From: Octopus bimaculoides
Lineage: Eukaryota
Assembly: GCF_001194135.2 (NCBI RefSeq)
Contig: NC_068988.1
Span: 94,597,389-94,661,388 of the forward strand
DNA: 64,000 nucleotides
Reading direction: 5' to 3'
Shown: piece after piece, positions 54,338 through 64,000 of the stretch
How the letters are laid out: every line of letters begins with the position of its first letter
How positions within the stretch are numbered: position 1 is the first letter of the stretch
Notes under the pieces: generated by a model
Databases searched by the model: none
What the model was told of the DNA's origin: nothing
Seen by the model: the letters and a program-made list of their open reading frames with translations, nothing else
Made by a program: the position numbers and the translations under genes

Positions 54338-54820
54338 GGGAGAGAGGGGATAAAATAACTGGTAAACATATTTAAAAATAGTGAGATAGAAAGAGTAATG
54401 GGTGCTGAGTGGAAAATAGTCGGCCGTGTTAATATGGCTCGAAGGAAGGAATGAGAGCAGGAAGAAAATAGTAAAAGAATTAGAAGATAATTGAATTTTA
54501 TTATAATTACGATCGTGTCAGGCTGATTGAAGGGAGCAGAGGTGTTTTTCTGAGATGTTTATGTTATTTTTAAGCATTGCAGAGAAAAATAAGCCGTTAG
54601 AGAGGAAGAAATGTTACGTGAGAGTAGATATAATAATCACAATTTATCTCTGCCCTCCTTCCCCACCCCGCTAAAAAACCATCAGAGTTGAATTGCTTTA
54701 TCAATTGCTACTAAAATCATTTAGATTCATAATTTCTTCCGTTTTATACACATATGCTTCTTCGTCCGGCGAACATGGACTTGTTTTTTTCTTTTACTTG
54801 CTATTTTTCTTAATGATCAG

Positions 54821-54984
54821 TGCTGGAGGAAGATTCTGCGCCCATAGCCTTCCCAGACTCCCACAGGACCGATGAGACTGATGCAGGTTATCGTTTTGGT
54901 GAACAGTTGGAAGTTGGTGGCTGCAGGATAAACATGGGCTGGGAAGGGTTTCAGAGGACTGATGCTCAGAGAAAAGGTACAGGG
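54821..54984 (+). CDS. Candidate exon, (V)LEEDSAPIAFPDSHRTDETDAGYRFGEQLEVGGCRINMGWEGFQRTDAQRKGTG (unassigned)
   Basis: Long polypyrimidine tract with cttaat and cag acceptor; single open frame; many G-first codons; possible donors gtacag (after 54976) or gttagt (after 54984). Confidence 0.3.
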
Positions 54985-55321
54985 GTTAGTAAAAATTTGT
55001 AACGTAAACAATGTATGATAGATGAGAAAACAACAAGCGAAGGGATATGGAGTAGCTGAGTGATGAGATGAGATCAGGCAATTCCGTGGAGCAGAGGCCA
55101 GCTTGGTAAAGAGAAGTAAAACAGAGCATCAGACCATCAGATGCATGTCAGTCAGGCGAGTGGCTTTCTTTTGGATATATATATATATACATATAGTCGG
55201 TTTCTAACCTAGATCCAAGGTTCTTGCATTAGAATTTCAACATCAGTAACAGGGTATTTTTGTTCGTACGGATAGGGATTGAGGTTATGTGCAGCACAAA
55301 TAATTGACCACTAATATACAG

Positions 55322-55398
55322 ATCGTCTGCAGATCGCTCGCCAAGAAGTTGTAGAATCGTCTTTCCTTGACCGAGAGACTACCATTAATACATTATAT
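55322..55398 (+). CDS. Candidate exon, (D)RLQIARQEVVESSFLDRETTINTLY (unassigned)
   Basis: ctaat branch-like motif with tacag acceptor; donors gtatgt or gtaagt, but these lie in an ATGT-like repeat edge. Confidence 0.2.
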
Positions 55399-56790
55399 GT
55401 ATGTAAGTATATATGTACGTACGGTCGGACGTTCGTACTATGTAGATACACACACATACACACAAACACACAAACACACACATACATACATACATACTAA
55501 CATACATATTTACATACATGCACACACATATAAGTTTCAGGGATACGAATGCAGTTCATTTTCAATTCAACACTATAGTTATTGAATGAAATATTTCAGT
55601 TCGAATACTTTAGCATTAAAGTTAAGTATTGTCAAAGTTTGTCATTCCTTTGCAGAATAACAACGTTTAAAATATGTCCCTATTCTGCATATTTGTAACA
55701 TCTTTATGTTGGTCGCTGAATATTTGCAAACAACTGCAAACACATTAAATTTATTTATATGGTTTCATTAAAATAATCGCCACTTATATTAATAACCTGA
55801 TCAATGCATGGTTTTTGTTGACTCCATCAGATAATCTCCATATACTTTCTGTGCTTCCTATGTGTTCTTCTCTCAATTAGCTATAATATCTTCCTTTTGT
55901 GCAATGTCATCTTTCTGTCCACGTTAAAAATCAAACGGAATAAACGACTGCAAAGTTGAAAATAAATCCATATCGTGTTACAGTGAGCTGATTTTTTTTA
56001 GCCAAAACTCTAAACAACGTACATTAGAACACAAAATAAAGTAATTTAATCACTGACAGAATCTCTCTTAGGTGTGTATCAGCAGTCGATGTTGTCAACT
56101 CAATAATGACACCGCTACTTATGAAAGAACATTAGATTTCAGAATATGCTTTTACATATTGTTACGAAATACTCTGTAATCGAGTAGAGGGAAAGATTTT
56201 ATGCATATTTTTGTTACATATACATATCTTCTCTCTGTAAGTTTCTGGTACGTGGGTGTATTTTCAAAAGCAATGCGATGTGTAAATTGCATTGGTATGC
56301 AAATTTATGGCTTGATGTTTGCAGTTGTCCAAGACTGTCTAAAGAATATATATGGAATATCTACGTCGATACTGAATCAAAGTATACAAACCATTCTCTC
56401 ACGAATTCATTTATCCTCTAACTCACTGCATGCTTCTAATTCCTCTGCAGCTAAACTGCCAGTTTGCCAATGGTAACTTTATACGAGATTTTTATTTAAT
56501 TTCTCTAAAGATTCGGAATGAAATGCTGGGATAAAAACCAGTATTTACGTCTTTCATTTTTATATTTAGTAGGTGAGCACATAATGGGAGTGGAATATAT
56601 TTTTAATAAGATGTTATTGTTGCGTGATACCAGGTTAATCTTCACGTAGCATGCCTTTGGTCAAACGAATGCCATCCATAATCTCCTCAAATCTTAGGGG
56701 TGACCTGGATATTACATTATTTTCTGCTGATTGAAGTCTTTTAATGATATTTTTGCCGAATTCCGAATTTACATCTTGTCTTTCTTTTTA

Positions 56791-56821
56791 GGATACCTTT
56801 GCGGAATTCCAAATATTTGGA
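56791..56821 (+). CDS. Candidate 31-nt mini-exon (DTFAEFQIFG or GYLCGIPNIW)
   Basis: Strong acceptor cttgtctttctttttag and donor AA|gtatgt. Confidence 0.2.
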
Positions 56822-57445
56822 AGTATGTATATTTAATATATCAAATGTAAAGAGTGGATTTTGCAGGGACCTGGATTAAATTTTTAAATATTAGTTTTTG
56901 GTATACGTTTAAATACCTAAGATAGAGTCATTTAACATGCAAATTTAATTCAAATGAGAAGATTCAGTGAGAATATTATTTATAGATTTAAAACATTAAT
57001 ATGACAATTTATGCTTATTAAAGAATACATTTCACTTGTCGATTTCAAAATACGATTTATTTTTTGTTCGACCAAAAATTCGTTACAATATTTATTTTGG
57101 TAAGAAACAATGAAAATTCATCAATAGAAATAATTATTAATTAAAATAATAAATACGACTGGATATAACCAAATTTAGGATTGCATTATATTCCAAAAAA
57201 TTAATCAAATATATTAAAATGTTATAAATAAATGGAATTAAGTATTGAAAAAACCTTATCACTGGCAAATTTACCATAACGAAAAAATATTCCACATGTC
57301 GATTTAAATAATTTTATGTACGATTCGTTGCAATCAATAATTTTTTTTTAAAAACTTGAAAATTTTTTTTAGAAATATTATATACTTTATAAAAATTATT
57401 TCTGACTTTTGTCATTTTTGTACATGGCTTTGCTCTTCAACTAAC

Positions 57446-57720
57446 TTATGATCATTTTCCTCCTATTTATCATGATGTCTGTGGGCAGCGAGCGAAGCAA
57501 ATATTGGATAAGAGAGACACCAAGCATCATTGCAAGATTCTGTATGACAACATCCAGGGCATTAACATCGTAGCCAGCTGATACTTGTTTATTAATGGTA
57601 GCATTAAGCGCAATCCGGAACTGCTCTAGAAAGTTATTCGCAATGCGCTCAACAAATGTTTTCAAACTAGACGATTCATATTTTTGAGGTTCATCAAAAT
57701 ACATTTCAAACCAATTGTCT
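57446..57720 (-). CDS. Candidate exon within the 125-aa ORF 57441-57818: DNWFEMYFDEPQKYESSSLKTFVERIANNFLEQFRIALNATINKQVSAGYDVNALDVVIQNLAMMLGVSLIQYLLRSLPTDIMINRRKMII
   Basis: Longest non-repetitive ORF in the track; globular helical-looking composition; acceptor ttattctcactag; donor A|gttagt or stop at 57441. No homology recognised. Confidence 0.4.
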
Positions 57721-57841
57721 CTAGTGAGAATAAATCCACTTATTTTTGTAAGAAAAACAAGAATCGTAAATCTCACATGACGTTTAGTTATCATTATTTT
57801 ATCTCTCCCAGCCACCAATTATATCCCCAATGCAATATTTA

Positions 57842-58162
57842 CAGGGTTCGATGGTCAAATTGTCGTCATTTATTTCGCACGAGAGACCAACAAGACTCTT
57901 TGTAACACCAAAGATGAACTGAGGGCAAGTATTATGGCAGCATTCACCAACTTAAAGAAGGAGACTGTCTAGAAGAGTTGCACGAGATTCAGTAGTCGTC
58001 TGGAGGCCATGGTTGAAGCTAATGGTGATTTTATTGAATAAATTTACACTTTAGTATTTCAAGATATTTTTATGTAAGTTTGGTAAATATGTCTGTTAAA
58101 ATGAGATGTCAGTGTTATTTTCATTTTTGCGTTATTTAGACGAGTTTACTCCCCGCACCCTC
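57842..58162 (+). mobile_element. Internally deleted Tc1/mariner-superfamily element
   Basis: TA on both sides; diverged TIRs cagggttcgatggtcaaattgtcgtc and (reverse complement) gagggtgcggggagtaaactcgtc; encloses a transposase C-terminus. Confidence 0.8.
57877..58041 (+). pseudogene. Tc1/mariner transposase C-terminal remnant with a premature stop
   Basis: ARETNKTLCNTKDELRASIMAAFTNLKKETV*KSCTRFSSRLEAMVEANGDFIE* fits the family C-terminal pattern (L..AI...W..L....v...C..F..RLEAVI.A.G.yIE). Confidence 0.8.
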
Positions 58163-58872
58163 TATATATCGCATTATTTCTGAGCTAAGGTGATACTTTT
58201 TCCTATTCGACTGCTACCAGGCAATTTAAAGCGCAACCTAATCATTCTTTTCCAATTAAATCAGTGCGTATATATATATATAAATGACTAAACGTCAGCC
58301 ATAGTTTTAAAAATATGAGGAACGTAGCTGAAAATTTTCAACTTTTGAAGAGGGCCTTCATTTCCATCATATGACAGTTTTTTCCTATCATCCACCGTAT
58401 TTGATTTCATGTGGAGTAAATATAGAATGTTCCATATAGGAGTTTCTTCGTCGTATCGCAGGTATATTTTACATTAGAATGAAACTAAAAACAACTTCAG
58501 CTTCAATATTTTAAAGCTGTAAAATTTCTCCTGTAATGTTCCAATTTTAATTGAGAATGTTATCACTCCTATGCCTACGTGTGTTTCTTTGTAGGGAATA
58601 AATGTGCCTTTAATCAGAAACCAAACCTTAATTTTTTTCCTTAGATTAATACACTACCAGAAGATCAATAAAGAGTCTATCCCTACTCTTAACAATATCT
58701 ATGTATGAAATTCTGAGATCATAACAATATCATAAACAATAACTAGTTACGGAACCATAAAATTATAACGCAATTATTAAATACAAAGTTAGAAAAATCT
58801 AAACATTGATTTTGTGAACGTAGCATTATTATCATGAAGAATTCGATGCATTTTCTTCTGTTTTAATATACT

Positions 58873-58874
<2 letters not shown>

Positions 58875-58948
<74 letters not shown>

Positions 58949-59000
58949 AGAGAGAGAGATAGAGAGATGCAGACAGACAGACAGACAGACAGACATACAG
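58875..59000. repeat. (AG)n/(AGAC)n microsatellite
   Basis: Directly visible. Confidence 0.95.
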
Positions 59001-59397
59001 ACAGACAAAGAAAGAGAGAGATAACAGATAGGGAAAGAAAAATAGGAAGAGAGAAGTGACGTGAGATACGAAGGAACGGGGGAAATATCGATATATTTCC
59101 AAAAATGCACTCACACACAATACTACTGATGATGATGATGATTGAAAGAGAGAAGACACTGCAACCAATCAATCATTAATATTATTATTATTATTATTAT
59201 TATCATCATCATCATCATCATCATCATCATTATCATTATTATTATTATTATCTCGACTAACACTGCAGTGTTCCTGAAGTAGCTCCAACGGAAATATAAC
59301 CCGACTGCGGATGATACCAGGTAGCCCCAAACTATGCCAGTGCTCTACTCAACACTTCAACACACTATTCGGCATATACACATTAGTCCAAAATATT

Positions 59398-59493
<96 letters not shown>

Positions 59494-62072
59494 TTATGCA
59501 TATGGATACCAAATATATTTGTACCATCATCTTGTAATTGACTGTATTTTGTCAAGAAGAAGAGAAGCAAGTACCTCGCGGTTAAGAGCCATGTATGCGC
59601 TCGGCAAAAGGCCGAGTGTTAATGAGAAGAAACAATTTCGTTTTTGTTAAATTTGAATGACATAACTCTCAACAAACTCATTTAAATATGTTTTTAAATA
59701 TGTAGAAAGTGTATCATGTTTTCAAATATGTTTTGCGTATATTTTGTTTGTGTAATGCAAATACATGTCTAACTTGGATTTTTCCTGTTTCTCATATCTG
59801 AAGAAATTCTCACAACGCTTTTACTCATAATGTTAATTTCATGACTTCAGTAAATATGATCGTTGTTTTAGCTTATATATTTTCTCGTAGTTCTAAATTG
59901 ATATGCAACATATTGAGCAGAAGTAATTCTAACAAGAATGAGTATTGTTCGGTTAGAGTTCTAGCGTAGACAAAATTTTAATATGAAAGGATGTTGGCTC
60001 GGTCTCAAAAAGTGATCACGCAAAATAAAGCCGGCCATGTATGAGATGAACATGGATTTGTCAGTTCAACTTCTCCAAGCCTGGGGGACTATGCGTAGAG
60101 CTTGATAATGGTCATAGGAAATAGACATTGTCACTGGAACCCGAAGGCGTTGTTACAGAAATGACATATCTGAGAGGTCCAAGGAAATGCTTAGAATTTA
60201 AACATTTTCTCACTTGGCACACTGACGTCATAATAACGGTTTAGATCACATAGAATATAACATTTGTGGCAGGTAATCTTGTACTGTTACAGATTCTTTG
60301 GTGCATCCAAATTTCTTAGAAACCTTATAGGTGTACCAAAGTTTATAAGAATATTATGAAGGCGGACAGCAGCAGGGAGCGGCAGGGATTTGTTAAACAA
60401 TGTTGGATATTTATCAGCATCGTTAACGTTAACTAGTGTGAATAGGAATGGTATTTGGTAAATGAGGATGCCATTCATATCCTGTACAATGGCACTTTCA
60501 GGATCTACGATGGCACGTTTACAAAAAACACTCTTGCTCTCTATAATTCAGGAAGAGTTTTGGAAAAACGTCGGATAGCTTTTCAAGAGATGCGTCCCAT
60601 TTTTTTCTTTCCTTTTTGCATTTTTTTTGTTGTTGATATTTTTACAATCCCATTCCCATTGTCACTTGGTTATCTTTCCCCTTCTGTGGCATTTAATATA
60701 ACGTCTTCTGTCATGGCATCCTGATGATTATGCAAATTTTACTGACGATTGAATGATAAACAAGCACAGACGTGATACCAAAGAGATTTCTCATCTTGCC
60801 TCGAGACTGCAAAATTTTCATCCTTTTTCAAGGTTTCATTCCCTTTTTTTTTCTGCATTATATTCCAAGAAACACCTTTTATGGAAAGCTTCACAGTTTC
60901 TTATGCAGACATAGCAAGCAAATGTATCAGGGTACTAGAATTAGGTTACGCTAAGAACATTGTTAAACAGAGAAAGATAACGTTTCTGTGTAACACTAAC
61001 GCCTACACTAAACTAACGCCGTGTTATAACATTTGGACTCTCCCTACAGTTTGTTTGTCGATTCATCTCCGTTTCACAGTTCGAAAGCGGCAAGATTGTC
61101 TTAAATGCATCGTTGTGGTTTACCTTTAAACCTCCTTGCAAAAGTCGGTCGACAATCATTCACAAACATCATCGGTTATGTATAAAAATATATACGCATG
61201 AACACATGATCACATGCACACACGTACCCTTTCCCACACATATATGTATATGTATGTATGTATGCATGTATGTATGTGTGTATGTATGTATGTATGTATG
61301 TATGTATGTATATACTTAATATGCATGTATGTACATACATATTGATATATAAATACATACATGTGTATTTCTATAGATATATATGTGTGAGTGTGTGTGC
61401 TTGTGTGTATATGTATGTATGTATATAATATGTATGTATGTATGTATGTATGTACGTAAACGTATATAAAATCACTTACGTCACGCTTTTAATGTTTCGA
61501 TATTTTGACTTGTAATATATTTGCTAATTTGAGAGTATATACGTCCATAACGTACCAGTGTGTAGACACGTATATATAAGTGTATGAGTGAGTATATGCG
61601 CATATACATCTGTTTGTGTTCCTCCGCGTATTTTTTGAGGGTTTAAATTTTATGTACGCATAAATTATGCATAAATTATGTCTATAAACACTTCTAAATG
61701 TTGATTCGAATATAAAGAGAACAGACAAAAATATGCCATCATCGTAATCATTGAACTTAAACTGTGCATATTCACTGAACAGAGATCAAGAAACGCTATG
61801 CGCTAATACTAGTTGTCGTTGTGTGTACGTGTGTACGTGTGTATGTATGTGAGAGAGTTCCTTTGATCTGTGCTTACATTTACCAAAATTTTCAGACCTC
61901 TATAAACATAATGTGATATTTAAAGAGATTTATGTTCATCTTTAATGAAAGAAATTCACTCTATCAATTCCTTTAGAGAAGGAATAACAAAAGGCAACAA
62001 CTATGAAAATAGCCTTATAAGGTAAAGCGAAATCTTTCGAAGAATATAGAACTAAATCATATTTTGATTCAG

Positions 62073-62148
62073 TGTTATGATGATGGGTATATTCCTAATG
62101 CACCTAACCGTTGCATGTCCAGTGGATTTGCTAACATTTCAAAGACAG
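62073..62148 (+). CDS. Candidate 76-nt exon (CYDDGYIPNAPNRCMSSGFANISKT or VMMMGIFLMHLTVACPVDLLTFQRQ)
   Basis: actaaat branch-like motif, acceptor tattttgattcag, strong donor CAG|gtgagg. Confidence 0.3.
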
Positions 62149-62754
62149 GTGAGGATTTTGGATGTTCGAGAAAAAAAAGTCGCGTAACTGTTATTTCACG
62201 TGATTTTTCTAAACAAAATATTATTCATATCTTTAACACGAGCACATACATAAATACGAAGTACAAACACGCACGTACATATGTGTGTGTGTGTACATGT
62301 GTGTGTTTGTGTGTGTGTATGCGTATAGGTATACGTGTGCTCCCTCATTCATACGTATATGTATATGTGCCACATAACCTCACAAGCCTAATATGAGCGT
62401 GTGTGGAGATGACTGCACACATGCATACACTCGTACACACATATACACGCATACATACATAAATACATATGTGCGTACATACATGATTACATATATATAT
62501 ACCTGTACATGTGTGTGTGCACGCGTGCGCGCGTGTTTATGTACGTATACATATTTCGAATGCATCTATTTTATTTATGTTGTGTTAAAATTCCAATTCT
62601 GTGGCCATGTGTGTTGCTACATTATTTCAAAATACACAATGACGCGATAAAATGTTTTGACATTTTAATCTCAAGTATAGGAAGACATTCAAAGGCTGTT
62701 TGGACCCTAGAAACCACAAAACACAAAAATGTCTGTCGTTATTATCCCAACACG

Positions 62755-62975
62755 AAGGCGGCGAGCTAGCAGAGACGTTAGTACACTGGGCGAACTGCTT
62801 AGCAGTATTTCGTCTACCTTTACGTTCTGAGTTCAAATTCCGCCGAGGTCGACTTTGCTTTTCATCCTTTCGGGGGTCGATAAATTAAGTACCAGTTGCG
62901 TACTGGGGCCGATCTAATCGACTGGCGCCTTCCCTAATCATTTTTGGGCCTTGTGCCTAGAATAGAAAAGACTAT
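62755..62975 (+). mobile_element. SINE family A, full-length copy (tail type 2)
   Basis: aaggcggcgagctagcagagacgttag...gagttcaaattccgccgaggtcgactttgcttttcatcctttcgggggtcgataaattaagtaccag...gggccttgtgcctagaatagaaaaga. Confidence 0.95.
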
Positions 62976-63223
62976 CAACCCAACACGTATGACAGACATT
63001 TTCGCCATTTCAAAGCGAATGCCGGTGTAATTTTCTGCAAAAGGATTTTGCTTGTGGTTTCTTGTTAACCATAAATGACTTAAACTGGTTCCTGCTGCCA
63101 TGTATACCTGTTTGGCGGTCTTAACTCGTTGGAAAGTTGCAGTAGCAGACTTCAGTAGGGACCAACAACACACGCTTATTAATATGCTAAAATCTCCTCA
63201 AAACACGTTCATGTATGCCTTAA

Positions 63224-63386
63224 TGTTAGTGTGTTTACGTCCCCGTAACTTAGTGATTCGGCAAAACAGACCAATAGAATAAGTACTAGGTTTACAAAGA
63301 ATAAGTCCTGGGGTCGATTTGTTCGACTAAAGGCGGTGCTCCAGAATGGAGAATGAAATGACTGAAATAAGCAAAAGAATTAAAGA
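63224..63386 (+). mobile_element. SINE family B, 3' module only
   Basis: gtgtttacgtccccgtaacttagtgattcggcaaaacagaccaatagaataagtactagg...cctggggtcgatttgttcgactaaaggcggtgctccag. Confidence 0.9.
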
Positions 63387-63391
63387 AATAT

Positions 63392-63428
<37 letters not shown>

Positions 63429-63770
63429 NNNNNNNNNNNNNNNNNNNNNNNNNNNNNNNNNNNNNNNNNNNNNNNNNNNNNNNNNNNNNNNNNNNNNNNN
63501 NNNNNNNNNNNNNNNNNNNNNNNNNNNNNNNNNNNNNNNNNNNNNNNNNNNNNNNNNNNNNNNNNNNNNNNNNNNNNNNNNNNNNNNNNNNNNNNNNNNN
63601 NNNNNNNNNNNNNNNNNNNNNNNNNNNNNNNNNNNNNNNNNNNNNNNNNNNNNNNNNNNNNNNNNNNNNNNNNNNNNNNNNNNNNNNNNNNNNNNNNNNN
63701 NNNNNNNNNNNNNNNNNNNNNNNNNNNNNNNNNNNNNNNNNNNNNNNNNNNNNNNNNNNNNNNNNNNNNN

Positions 63771-63804
<34 letters not shown>

Positions 63805-64000
63805 CTATTTTAAGTCAGTTTTATAGAGTAAATGGCTTGCATTTTCATTTTGATATGAAACACTCTAGAATAGGAAGGAAGTGCTGACGTTGAGCAAAAT
63901 ATTTTAACATAATATAATAATGTTCAATATATTCTTCTTCTTGTTGTCAACATGCACTATTTTGTATTTGATGACAAATGTAATTCATAAAAAAATTAAA

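Overview
Eukaryotic, AT-rich, mostly non-coding scaffold sequence with 13 N-gaps and very dense microsatellites. The two dominant SINE families match, from memory and unverified, repeats of octopod cephalopods, so Octopus is the likely source. No protein-coding gene, tRNA, rRNA or CRISPR array can be confidently identified, and most ORF-track entries are microsatellite or gap read-through. Supported content: about 14 copies of a tRNA-headed SINE (family A), about 6 copies of a second SINE with an internal microsatellite (family B), a Tigger/pogo-like MITE, a long foldback MITE, an internally deleted Tc1/mariner, a probable LINE 3' UTR, and a Penelope-like terminal fragment. Most interesting observations: (1) one SINE-A subfamily shares its 3' tail with the putative LINE 3' end (35/44 nt); (2) families A and B share a conserved gtcga-N5-tcgac hairpin module, after which the tails are swapped; (3) a degenerate minimal hammerhead ribozyme; (4) an orphan nested hairpin flanked by a 14-bp direct repeat; (5) several inverted SINE pairs; (6) scattered splice-bounded, coding-like segments on both strands (52-62 kb especially) that I cannot assign to a known protein.
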